This document shows, piece by piece, positions 1 through 12,660 of a DNA stretch of 64,000 nucleotides; within the stretch, counting starts at the first letter, position 1; each line of letters begins with the position of its first letter. The position numbers and the translations under genes are program-made. The notes below the pieces were generated by a model. The model ran no database searches, was not told the DNA's origin, and saw only the letters and a program-made list of their open reading frames with translations. Source of the DNA: Octopus sinensis (Eukaryota); NCBI RefSeq assembly GCF_006345805.1, contig NC_043002.1:81034001-81098000 (forward strand), written 5' to 3'.

Positions 1-491
1 GTATATATCATGTATGCATGCATATATTATATATATTTGTGTGTGTGTATGAGTGATTACGTGTCTGACTGTGTTTTTCGATGTGTATGCATTTCATTTT
101 AATTATAAAGCAATGAATACCTTCTAAATGTGAATTGGTTTTGCGATGTCAGTATTCAGTCTCATTTTATCTCCACCTTGCTAATTATTTATGTTGATAT
201 GAATTACTAAAAGATAAAGAATAAAATTAATTTGAAGATGGTTCTGCATTATGGTCACGGGCCATTGGCTGAAACCAGTATAAGATGAAATTGAATATTT
301 TGGAATTTTTTTATTGAATTTTAATATCCACCTGGCTATTAATTAGTTCTCCCACCCTATGATGACCATTTTAAAAGATAAGTTGAAGCTATTATGGTGC
401 TCTGCTACCGGAAGGAAACTAAGAGGAAAAAGTAAGTGACGTGGAGAGTGAATTATTCAGCAACTACATTAACGAAATAAACAAGTTAGAC

Positions 492-650
492 GTAGGAGTG
501 GCTGTGTGGTAAGTAGCTTGCTTACCAACCACATGGTTCCGGGTTCAGTCCCACTGCGTGGCACCTTGGGCAAGTGTCTTCTACTATAGCCTCGGGCCGA
601 CCGAAGCCTTGTGAACTTTGGTAGACGGAAATTGAAATAAGCCCGTCGTA

Positions 651-696
<46 letters not shown>

Positions 697-702
697 ATAT
701 AT

Positions 703-750
<48 letters not shown>

Positions 751-997
751 TGTGTGTGTGTGTGTTTGTGTGTGTATGCATGTTTGTGTGTCTGTGTTTG
801 TCCCCTCCCCTAACATCGCTTGACAACCGATGGTGGTGTGTTTACGTCCATAACTTAGCGGTTCGGTAAGAGAGACCGATAGAATAAGTACTAGGCTTAC
901 AAAGAATAAGTCCTGGGGTCGATTTGCTCGACTTAAAGGCGGTGCTCCAGCATGGCCACAGTCAAATGACTGAGACAAGTAAAAGAGTAGAAGAGTA
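492..997 (+). mobile_element. tRNA-derived SINE (family A) with internal (TA)n(TG)n microsatellite
   Basis: A-box-like TGGCTGTGTGGT, B-box-like GGGTTCAGTCCC, CORE-like GCACCTTGGGCAAGTG, microsatellite at ~650-790, then a conserved 3' part; reverse-strand homologue at ~63800-63976. Confidence 0.8.
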
Positions 998-2613
998 AGT
1001 GAAAGTCATTCTGAATCAGTAACTAACCGTATAAAACTTTTCATCGCGTTTGTTGTTCCTTGCTTTATTTTTGAAAGGGTGTACGATCAAAATGGAAGAT
1101 TTTGCTGAGAGTATGGTGTTTAAAAACAACGACAACTACAAAAACGCAACCTAAGCACATTCACTGACTTCTGAAAGAAAAGTGAAATACGAAGTCTATA
1201 AAATACAAATATAATTATCGTAGAAAGCAAATAGATACAACCATGTGCCTGTAACTCTTGTATGAATATGAAAATGATTAAAGCAATCTCTGCAATAATT
1301 GCACCTTTACCTGTTAGAAATAGCAATTAAATATCTCTGTTTATCACACTTGACTGTCTCAGATATGGACATCGTGGAATAATGTAATCAGATGTACAAA
1401 ATAGCAGCTGAAATGCAACAAAAATATATACGGAAATGTGAATTTAAATGATTTCGATTATATATTTAGTTGAATATGGCCTGGGAATAGGTAATACAGA
1501 ACAGTACAGTCATCCGTCACTCAGGAGCCAATATGGCCAGGTAACATGTACTATGATTGTCTTTGTAGTTGCGTGCGGTCATAGATTTATCATCAGGCCT
1601 CTCGCACTTGCTCCAGCGGAATATAGCAGATGTGACTCTAGAAGGGAGGGCTGTATCAGCATTTCTCTAGAACACATTTTCAGTTACCTAAACTGAAATT
1701 ATGTGCCTCGCTCAGGATCAATATGTGACGTCCGTTCCACAAACCGATCTCACATACATACGCTCATCATTTCAACATCCCCAAACGCTAGACCATACGT
1801 ATACGCCTTCATTGAAAATATACTGATTGATACTACACATCATATCAAAAGCTTCCTTTAAGATGCCTATTATTCCACTAATCATGGCCGTTGTTTCTCT
1901 GTAAATGCTAAATCCGAAGCATTTCCTAATCTATTGTGCAACCTACTAACCTACATAATTCATAAGAACCATGATTATGTTAAATATCAATATAGAAAAA
2001 CACCACTGATAACTGAACATTCTAGAATAGGCTTCAGTCCTTAGAGGATACACGGACCGTCAGTTTTCGTTGTATCTATGAATATATTTTATCAATTGCA
2101 CAGGGAAATAATAATGCTTCCGCATATTAAAAAATAAAATACAGCAAAATGATGGCACTTTGCCATCATTACGTTCATTAGGCCTATCTAAGCAGTGGTA
2201 TTTTACGTTCAGCTGCACGGGCATATCTCAATACGTCGAGGTCCACAGTGAAACAGACAAATGTACACAGCTCTCTCTATGTATACACGCACACAGACAC
2301 ATATGTATACGTTTACATATAGATATAAATAGATTTACACATATACACATGCATAACATATGCATAAAATATATACATAAAATACGCATATAAATACACA
2401 TAAACATATGAATATATGAATATATATATGTCTGTATGTATATATACATATATTCACGCATGCATACATACATGCATACATACATACATACATACATACA
2501 TACATACATACATACATACATACATACATACATACAGATTTACATATGTATGTGTGTGACTATGTCAGTGAATATGCGTGTGTGTATGCATATATTTTTA
2601 CTGTCTCAACGAA

Positions 2614-2649
<36 letters not shown>

Positions 2650-3850
2650 TAATACTCTTTTATAGGTAATGAAGCTTTAGTTTATCCTAGCTTTGACTTA
2701 TCTTGATATAAACCTAATACTGACAATTGTACACCGGCGACAACATAATATCCAGAGTTTTTCTACCCACAAAGTAATTCATTTCAATCCTTCGCTTGGA
2801 TCCACCACTCCATGTATGTTGCGTGTCTATACCAGCGTTGAAAAGATTCTGGTTAAGAGAAAGCATACATTTGATAGGGTAGGTATATATGTATATGTGT
2901 ATTTATGTAAATATATGCGTGTATGTGTTTCGTAGTGTGCTTGAGTATTGACTTATACAGAAACTATACACTTTAAAATACTCTGGTCACTGTTAGAACT
3001 TGTTGAAGTACAGAAATGAAAATTTTCTAAACGTCGTCACCATAACAATTTTATTCTAAAGAATTTCATTCTGTTTAAAGGTTAAATATATTGCCATTTT
3101 ATGGACTAAATTACTTTGAAATTCTGCAAGTTTTTTTTTTTTTGTTTTTTTTTAAGCTCCTTGAAGTTCTATAAATATCCAATCTTATGAATATTTAGAG
3201 ATCTCATTGCTAATCCGTATTCTGTGTAAACGGCAATATTGTAGCAGAAGATATCTTCATAGATATATTGCAGGAGATTAAAAACTATTAGTAAACTGAC
3301 GCCACTTTTTCGCTTTTATTTAAACATCAATCAGCTGTTCTCTCCTTACATGCGTCTCACCGGGTCAAGTTCACTTTATCTTCTTTCATTTTCTCCTTAT
3401 TTTTCATTTTACCCTGACATCTATTTCCCTCTCTTCAGACCCTGTTCTTTAACACTCTGTCAACTCAAATACATTTAACTGCTTCCCTGAATTTAATCCA
3501 TTTCATCAATTATTTACGTAATCGTAAATACAAAACTTTCTTATCTGCTTTCACACTCCTCTTCAATAAGTATACCCTTTCTCTGTAATGTATCGGTTAA
3601 TTTTATCGACTGTCATTTTGGATCACCATAGAGTCTACTTCAATTTCTTTCTTTCTTTCGTTATATATAACCCTATATCCCTTTGCATGTGCCTCATATT
3701 CTGTTCCTCTTTCTTCTTCCATGTATACTTCGCTGGCCGAAAACTTTCTCGAAGACATTTATCCTTCGCTTAATATCTAAACTCTTGCCAAACGTAAAAC
3801 ATCTTAAGTATTTTCAGTGTTAGATTTTATATTATAGCATTTATAGTACT

Positions 3851-4032
3851 AGGATAAAATCCTCCTCACACCCACCCCGGACAAAACCCAGCAGTTAAAA
3901 ACTATTTTAGGAAGGTGAAATTTTATTTAAAAAATGTTAATATATATTATTTGATATTTTTGTGTAAACTTTGTCAGTGGGGATTTTGTTTTCGAGGGAA
4001 TTTTGTCCTCGGTGTGTGGGGGATTTTGTCCT
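3851..4032. mobile_element. MITE with ~22-bp terminal inverted repeats
   Basis: Left AGGATAAAATCCTCCTCACACC versus reverse complement of right end AGGACAAAATCCCCCACACACC; internal GGACAAAA/GATTTTGT subrepeats; no TSD seen. Confidence 0.55.
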
Positions 4033-4338
4033 GATATCACCATTAATATAAGTCCATTGTTATTAATTACCCTTAATCGTATGAAACAGCGGTAACACGA
4101 AACTCTGAGTATTGGTGGGATAAGGTGGATTGGTAGGTTAAAAGCAGTTGGAAGACATACCTTATGTCACATGTTCTGGCTCTTTATCTTTTGAGTTGAA
4201 ATAATGCCATAGTCAAATTTTCCTTTCATCGTTTCAGGATCGTTAAAATGGAGAACCAGTAAAATACTGACGTCAACAAAAATATTGATTTACGCCCTCG
4301 TCTTGAAAATGTTGGCCTTCTGCTTAAATCAGAGGACA

Positions 4339-4481
4339 TTCTTCTTCTTCTTCTTCTTCTTCTTCTTCTTCTTCTTCTTCTTCTTCTTCTTCTTCTTCTT
4401 CTTCTTCTTCTTCTTCTTCTTCTTCTTCTTCTTCTTCTTCTTCTTCTTCTTCTTCTTCTTCTTCTTCTTCTTCTTCTTCTT

Positions 4482-4555
<74 letters not shown>

Positions 4556-4556
4556 T
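4339..4556. repeat. compound (TTC)n then (TTA)n microsatellite
   Basis: Directly visible. Confidence 0.95.
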
Positions 4557-4561
4557 TATGT

Positions 4562-5047
4562 GAGAGCAATGTATGCCATGAAAGTGACACTGGAGTAAAA
4601 TATACGAAGCTCAGTGCACCCATCATGACCAACCAGGCACATTTATCACAACCATATGTGCGTGATACGGTGATTTCATATCAAGATAAACAGCGCATGA
4701 CCTTGCAGGTGGGACCCAGTTAGAATTTTCTTCAGGTTGAGTAGCCCATCCCGCTCAAAAGGTCCCTGAATAAGGGTTGTTTAAGGATGTTGAAAGAACC
4801 ACCCATGTTTCCAGAGGTGAATTATTCAAACCCCAAAGAATCCCTCTCAACACATGGCTATGATGCTCCCCCAGTACTTCTGCTTGTGATCAGAGATGCA
4901 CATATCATCATCCACTAAGGGACATGCTCAACTGGTTATGGTCAAACAACTGACAAGCAAATCTGTGGTATTGAGCAGAATATTTGCTGTAGCCCATCTT
5001 TTATACCAAGACAAAACAATGTACATGATAACACTTCCAATCAGTTT
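4562..5047. mobile_element. non-coding interspersed repeat X, copy 1 (TAA-embedded)
   Basis: Aligns along its length with 5072-5605, 24555-25110 and (inverted) 60137-60353. Confidence 0.8.
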
Positions 5048-5071
5048 ATTATTATTATTATTATTATTTTT

Positions 5072-5605
5072 ATGTGAGAGCAATGTATGCCATGAAAGTG
5101 ACACTGGAGTAAAATATACGAAGCTCAGTGCACACATCATGACCAACCAGGCACATGTATCACAACCATATGTGTGTGAACGGTAATTTCATATCAAGAT
5201 AAACAGCGCATGACCTTGCAGGTGGGACCCAGTTAGAATTTTCTTCAGGTCGAGTAGCCAGTCCCACTTAAAGGGTCCTTGAATAAGGGTTGTTTAAAGA
5301 TGTTGAACGAAACATCCATGTTTCCAAAGGTGAATTATTCAAACCCCAAAGAATTCCTCTCAAGACATGGCTATGATGCTCCTCCATTACTTCTACTCGT
5401 GATCAGAGATGCACATAGCGTCAGCCGCTAAGGGACATGCTCAACTGGTTATGGTTATGCAACTGACAAACAAATCTGTGGTATTGAGCAGAATATTTAC
5501 CTGTAGCCCATCTTTTATACCAAGATAAAACAATGTACATGATAACATTTCCAATCAGTTAAGACCAAAATCCTGAGAGCCATTGCTTGGTACTGCATCA
5601 GGGCA
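5072..5605. mobile_element. non-coding interspersed repeat X, copy 2 (tandem to copy 1)
   Basis: Same start GAGAGCAATGTATGCCATGAAAGTGACAC; separated from copy 1 by (TTA)n; ends GCATCAGGGCA before TTA repeats. Confidence 0.8.
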
Positions 5606-5634
5606 TTTTTATTATTATCATTGTTGTTGTTATT

Positions 5635-5850
5635 AAGTCGGTGAACTGGAGGAATCGTTAGCAGGCCAGACAATATGCCTAGCAGCAGTTCGTCCGTCTT
5701 TACGTTCTGAGCTCAAATTCCGCCAAGGCCGACTTTGCCTTTCATCCTTTCGGGGTCGATAAAATGAGTACCAGTTGAACTCTGGGCTCAATATATTCCA
5801 CTCATCTCCTCCCCCCAAACTGCTGCATTTTTGGCAAAATTTGAAAACAT
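5635..5850 (+). mobile_element. tRNA-derived SINE family B
   Basis: Diagnostic TTCTGAGCTCAAATTCCGCC...GACTTTGCCTTTCATCCTTTCGGGGTCGATAAAATGAGTACCAG shared by more than 20 copies in the window. Confidence 0.8.
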
Positions 5851-5856
5851 TATTAC

Positions 5857-6770
5857 TGTAGTTTTACCTCCCCAGGTATTGCAATATCTATAATCTTAGT
5901 TTTCTTTTTTGCTTTATCTATCACAGCAGTATCTGGTCTCCCTGCATTGATTAGGGAGTCACGTTGGATTGTAAAATCCCACAGTATCTTATATTCCTTG
6001 TTCTCAGTGACACCTTCTGGTTCATGTTCGTACCATTTCTGTGCTCTATTACCCAGGCCGTACTTTTCACATAGACTCCAGTGGACGAACTTAGCATGTT
6101 ATCGTCCCTCCTTTTGTAGTGCTTTTTGGGCCAGCTTGCTATACTCACTCACAATATGTGAGATTGTTTCGTTTTTGTTGCCACGCTGCTCTTATCTATT
6201 TCGAACTTGGTGTAATTAATTCCCAGAGCTTGTACCTAGGTGCTATATATATCAATGCCTCAGTGCATCCTTTCAGATCACTTTTTCTTAACCATCTCCA
6301 AGTGTTGGTCCTGTCTTTTCCTTCGATTTCTCTGAGGTATTGCCCATGCAGTGATTTCATTTTCCAGTTGTTTCTTCTTTCTTCTTCACTTTGTTACTTA
6401 AATGTTTGTGGGTGCATCATATTTTCGCTAGGTATTGGATTGTTAATTCTAAAAGAGGCAAGCAAAAGGATTCACTCTGCTGTTTAACGTGCCATCCCTG
6501 ACTGTTCTTCTCGTTGACAAAACTGATCTTGCATCCTATGAGGCCTCTTCTTCCCCTGTTCCTAGCTAGGCACATACAGCCTATCAGTATCGCTTTTGGG
6601 GTATTGTTCCTTCTAATTCTCATCAACTTTCTGGTTTTCCAGTCCATTTCCTTGAGCTGGTTCTTTGACCACCTAGCAATACATGCGCCATATCGCATTA
6701 AGGAAATAGGCCATATGTTAATTGCACTCCTCTTTCTTCCTGGGAAATATACTCAATGGAAAAGAAGATT
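5857..6770 (-). mobile_element. degenerate R4/Dong-clade non-LTR retrotransposon fragment (RT thumb, CCHC, start of RLE endonuclease)
   Basis: Minus-strand RYGACI...KTRKLM...RGRRGL, HGQYLREIEGKDRTNTWRWLRKSDLKGCTEALI, WYEHEPEGVTEN..KILWDF; frameshifted. Confidence 0.8.
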
Positions 6771-6870
6771 ATTATTATCATTCATTATTATTCCCGTCGT
6801 TGTTGTTGATCTTGTTCTTGTAAATATTGCTGTTGTTCTTGTTCTTGTAGTTATTGTAGTTGTTTTTATT

Positions 6871-6901
<31 letters not shown>

Positions 6902-7369
6902 AGTTGATGTTGCTGATGTTGCTGTTTTCATTATTGCTTTTCGTATTGCTTATATTTTCATTATTTCTACTTGATATATTGAGTACTTTTCTATTTCCGT
7001 GTGTGTGTGTGTGTGTATGTGTGTGCGTGTGCGTGTGTGCGTGTGTGTGTTTGTGTACGTGTGTGTGTGTGAGAGAGAGAGAGAGAATAAGTGTGTGTGT
7101 GGCGGTGTGTGTGAGTGTGTGTGTGCGCGCACGTATGTGTCTGCATATATGTACGTATGATATATATATATATACATATATATATATATTATATATATAT
7201 ATATTATATATATATATATATATATATCTATATATATATATATATATATTCATGTATGTATGTATGTATGTATATCAAGTTGTGTGTATAGAATATTGAA
7301 ATATGCTGGGAGCGTCAAAAAAGTAAGCAGAAGGCATTTGGCGCCAGTCTATTATTATTATTATTATTA

Positions 7370-7419
<50 letters not shown>

Positions 7420-7545
7420 GTTATTATTATTATGGTTGTTATTCTAGCTCTTTGTTATTTTAATCATATCTTCAATTGATGAAATGGCACTCTTGCTAAC
7501 TAACACACTGTTTCACCTCAGACATCTCATACATACATACATACA

Positions 7546-7581
<36 letters not shown>

Positions 7582-8054
7582 TATACATATATATATTTCA
7601 CCCCATCTACGTACATCCACACACAGACACACACCTTTCTAACCGCTACACTCTAGCCATCATTCACTCGCAGAAACACACACACAGTCGCACACATATA
7701 CACACAGGTGCACGCACACAGTTATAGAATCACAAGCCTACACACTTTCTCCATTAGGTTAGACTCTGTTAGTCAAGTGCCAGGTGTCTTTGTCGTTATT
7801 GCTAATAGTATTATTCTACTGTACATCATCATTATTAGTGTTACTGTTCATATTGTTGTTGATATTGTTTCTCCTGCCGTTCGTGTTGTTGACCTTATTC
7901 TTACAACTACTACTGCTGCTGCTGATGCTGCTTTAACTCCTTGAAAATTCTCAGACTTATTCTTCTATCTTTGATGTTGTTCATGGTTTTGTAGTTCTTG
8001 TTGTTTTGTTGCTGCTGTGTTCATTATTATTATGCCATTACTTCACGACCGAAC

Positions 8055-8497
8055 TGGGCGATGGACTGGCAGAGTCGTTAGAACAACGGGAAAACAGCCG
8101 TGTGGTATTTGTAAGAACTCGATGTTCTGAGTTCAAATTCCGACAAGGTTAAGTTTTATGTCTTATTCTTTCTGTGTCGATAACGCAAAGTGTCAATCAA
8201 GTGCTAGATTTGATTGTAACGTCTGAACTCCTCTCGTCAAGACTGCTGGTTTTGTATCTATAACAGAAACCATTATTACGTGAGTTGAAGGCGGCAAGCG
8301 GGCAGAATCGTTAGCACGCCGAGAAGAATGCATAGCGGCATTTATGTTTTGAGTTCAAATTTCGCCGAGGTCAACTTTGCCTTTCATCCTTTCGTAGTCG
8401 ATAAAATACGTACTAGATGAGTATTGGGGTTAATGCACCCAACTTACAACCTCCATCAAACTTGCTGGCGGCGTGCCCAAGTTTTGACACCATTATT
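8055..8497 (+). mobile_element. two tandem SINE family B copies (~8055-8277 and ~8288-8497)
   Basis: Both contain GAGTTCAAATT(C/T)CG and the downstream family-B body. Confidence 0.75.
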
Positions 8498-8519
8498 TTG
8501 CGAGTGGAAGGCGGCATCT

Positions 8520-10369
8520 CATACATACATACATACATACATACATACATACATACATACATACATACATACATACATACATACATACATACATACATAC
8601 ATACATACATACATACATACATACATACATACATACATACATACATACATACATACATACATACATACATACATACATACATACATACATACATACATAC
8701 ATACATACATACATACATACATACATACATACATACATACATACATACATACATACATACATACATACATACATACATACATACATACATACATACATAC
8801 ATACATACATACATACATACATACATACATACATACATACATACATACATACATACATACATACATACATACATACATACATACATACATACATACATAC
8901 ATACATACATACATACATACATACATACATACATACATACATACATACATACATACATACATACATACATACATACATACATACATACATACATACATAC
9001 ATACATACATACATACATACATACATACATACATACATACATACATACATACATACATACATACATACATACATACATACATACATACATACATACATAC
9101 ATACATACATACATACATACATACATACATACATACATACATACATACATACATACATACATACATACATACATACATACATACATACATACATACATAC
9201 ATACATACATACATACATACATACATACATACATACATACATACATACATACATACATACATACATACATACATACATACATACATACATACATACATAC
9301 ATACATACATACATACATACATACATACATACATACATACATACATACATACATACATACATACATACATACATACATACATACATACATACATACATAC
9401 ATACATACATACATACATACATACATACATACATACATACATACATACATACATACATACATACATACATACATACATACATACATACATACATACATAC
9501 ATACATACATACATACATACATACATACATACATACATACATACATACATACATACATACATACATACATACATACATACATACATACATACATACATAC
9601 ATACATACATACATACATACATACATACATACATACATACATACATACATACATACATACATACATACATACATACATACATACATACATACATACATAC
9701 ATACATACATACATACATACATACATACATACATACATACATACATACATACATACATACATACATACATACATACATACATACATACATACATACATAC
9801 ATACATACATACATACATACATACATACATACATACATACATACATACATACATACATACATACATACATACATACATACATACATACATACATACATAC
9901 ATACATACATACATACATACATACATACATACATACATACATACATACATACATACATACATACATACATACATACATACATACATACATACATACATAC
10001 ATACATACATACATACATACATACATACATACATACATACATACATACATACATACATACATACATACATACATACATACATACATACATACATACATAC
10101 ATACATACATACATACATACATACATACATACATACATACATACATACATACATACATACATACATACATACATACATACATACATACATACATACATAC
10201 ATACATACATACATACATACATACATACATACATACATACATACATACATACATACATACATACATACATACATACATACATACATACATACATACATAC
10301 ATACATACATACATACATACATACATACATACATACATACATACATACATACATACATACATACATACA

Positions 10370-10399
<30 letters not shown>
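8520..10399. repeat. uninterrupted (CATA)n array, 1880 bp (470 units)
   Basis: Directly visible; all ~650-aa ORFs here (YIHT/MYVC) are repeat translations. Confidence 0.97.
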
Positions 10400-10404
<5 letters not shown>

Positions 10405-10405
<1 letters not shown>

Positions 10406-10742
10406 CTTTGCCTTTCATCCTTTCGGGGTCGATTAAATAAGTACCAGTCATGCACTGGAGTCGATATAATCGACTTAATCCCTTTGTATGTCCTTGTTTA
10501 TCCCCTCTATGTTTAGCCCCTTGTGGGCCATAAAGAAATAAGAATAGTTAGCTCGCCGGGAAAAGTGCTTAGCAGCATTTCGTCTGTCTTTACGTTCCGA
10601 GTTCAAATTCCGCCGCAAACTACTTTGCTTTTCATCGTTTCAGGGTCGGTGAAATAACTATAAGTTGAACACTGTGGTTGACGTAATCGACTAGCCCTTT
10701 CTTCAAAATTCCAAGCTTTGTACCAATAATAGAAAGAATTGT
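10405..10742 (+). mobile_element. SINE family B 3' part with LINE-like stem-loop tail (10405-10540), followed by another family B copy
   Basis: ACTTTGCCTTTCATCCTTTCGGGGTCGA...TTTAGCCCCTTGTGGGCCATAAAGAAATA, then GAGTTCAAATTCCGCC at ~10600. Confidence 0.75.
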
Positions 10743-11398
10743 TGCGTGAGTAAACAGGGTGGTGTGGTGTCAGAAATGTTACCGCGTCGGAGAAAATTGC
10801 ATTTTGGTATTTCTTTTGACTCTTAACATTCTGAGAATTACAGGTCGGTGGTATCAGTTACACCCTTCTTCAAACTGATGGACTTTCGCTTATATTACAA
10901 GCACCTGTTACAAGTGTGAACTGAGCAAATGGATTAGAGAGATGGATTAGCAATGGATTGGAGGGATTTAATGTGTTTGTGATTCGTTGTTCAAATAAGG
11001 TTTTTCCCATATTTATTTACAATCCTATTTATATTTTTAGTAAAGGTCTTCCGAAGGTTTCCAAACCATCTTTTTTTCGCTCTTCAATAGATAGTTATAA
11101 GTGCATTTCGTGGACGGAAACAGGAGGAAGTCAAAGTTATATATACTTTATTTGTAGGCTAATAAGACAACCAATGGTTTCATATTGAAAGATTTTCACA
11201 ATTGTTCGAGTGTACCACATGAAAGTGTTGGTACTCGCCTCTATACATGCATGCATACATACATTCATACATGCATATATACATACACACACGCACGCAC
11301 TCACGAGATAGACAGACAGACATAAAGAATGATACAGATAAATAGCATATATATATATATATATATATTCATATATACATTCATATATACATATATAT

Positions 11399-11797
11399 AT
11401 ACTAGCAGTATCGCCCGGCGTTGCTCGGGTTTGTAAGGGAAATAACTATATAAGCATTTTTAGAGATGTAAAGTATAATAGCCATCTCAATATGGCTAAC
11501 CACAAAGGGGGTGGGTTACAGTAGCTTTTTACGTTCTGAGATTTAATAATAAATCTTTAGAGAGTTACTTCCTTATATATGCCAAAAATGCATTAAAAAT
11601 GGGAAAAATTGATGGTAAATTTTTTTTAAATCGTAGACTTATCGTAGACTCGCGCTAATACCCAGAAGGGCTCGATATGAATCACGACTATATGATACCC
11701 GGTTTTGGTTAAACTGCACCGCAAAATATGGGAGTAGTTAGGAATCTAAATCGTAGGAGACAGACAGCACACAACCTCACTTTTATATATAAAGATA
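11399..11797 (+). mobile_element. non-autonomous Helitron/Helentron-associated element (DINE-1/Lep1-like)
   Basis: Starts ACTAGCAG followed by the palindrome CCCGGCGTTGCTCGGG; ends ACAGACAG...CACTTTTATATATAAAGAT, an architecture typical of Lep1/DINE-1-type elements. Confidence 0.6.
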
Positions 11798-11856
11798 TAT
11801 TAGAAATATTAAATTTCTAAAGATCTCAGAGAGATATGAGTAGTGGTGCAACGATA

Positions 11857-11998
11857 GAGCAGTTGTATATTGTCAACTTAACGTGACAGTCCCGTAAAGG
11901 AAATCACATCACCGCTATTTAGCACTAGGAAGCATCGACGCTTCCTGTCGGCTTTGACACATTTCCTGTGTCCTTATATTTACAGTATACAACCGCTG
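11857..11998. mobile_element. 142-bp Tc1/mariner-type MITE
   Basis: TAGAGCAGTTGTATA versus reverse complement TACAGCGGTTGTATA (13/15 including the flanking TA dinucleotides); internal AGGAAAT/ATTTCCT symmetry. Confidence 0.55.
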
Positions 11999-12007
11999 TA
12001 TATATAA

Positions 12008-12050
<43 letters not shown>

Positions 12051-12055
12051 AACAT

Positions 12056-12056
<1 letters not shown>

Positions 12057-12125
<69 letters not shown>

Positions 12126-12150
12126 GGATAGATAGATAGATAGATAGATA
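12057..12150. repeat. (GATA)n microsatellite
   Basis: Directly visible. Confidence 0.95.
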
Positions 12151-12319
12151 CACGCACACATTCACGTTACTATTCTTCATATATTTCTTCATCACCTTTC
12201 CTTCTCTTCACTTTTTCTTCCTCATCTTTCTGCAAATTCCAGGATACCCTTGCTCTTCTTCTACTCCATTTTGTTCTACCCTTCGGAACTGGTGTCGCTT
12301 AGCTTTTTTCCTTTGTGAT

Positions 12320-12660
12320 ATTGCTGCTGTTGTTGTAGTTGTAGTGGTGGTGGCAGCGGTGGTGGTGGTGGTGGCAGCGGTGGTGGTGGTGGTGGTGGTG
12401 GCAGCGGTGGTGGTGGTGGTGGCAGCGGTGGTGGTGGTGGTGGTGGTGGCGGCGGCTGCAACGGTGGTGGCTTTAGTTAACTGTTTTGTGGTTGTCGTCG
12501 TTGATATTGTTGTAACTGGCGTTTGTATGGCATCCTTGTTGTTGTTGTTGTTGTTGTTGTTGTTATCGTTGTTACAGTTATTCTGGTTACTCTTCTCTGT
12601 TGTTGTTGTTGTTATTGGTGGTTGTGGTAGCATTATTGCTATTGTTATTGTTCATATTGA
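12320..12660. repeat. (GGT)n/(GCA)/(TTG)n low-complexity tract
   Basis: Directly visible; poly-V/T/P ORFs are artefacts. Confidence 0.9.

Noticed and set aside
2720-2862. Minus-strand acceptor plus open frame (NLFNAGIDTQHTWSGG...)
   Set aside because: No convincing donor, homology or neighbouring exons.
6514-7299. 261-aa hydrophobic, membrane-like ORF
   Set aside because: It is the antisense of an R4 fragment fused to microsatellite translations.
8413-10516. Five ORFs of 620-700 aa
   Set aside because: Pure translations of (CATA)n, which has no stop codon in these frames.
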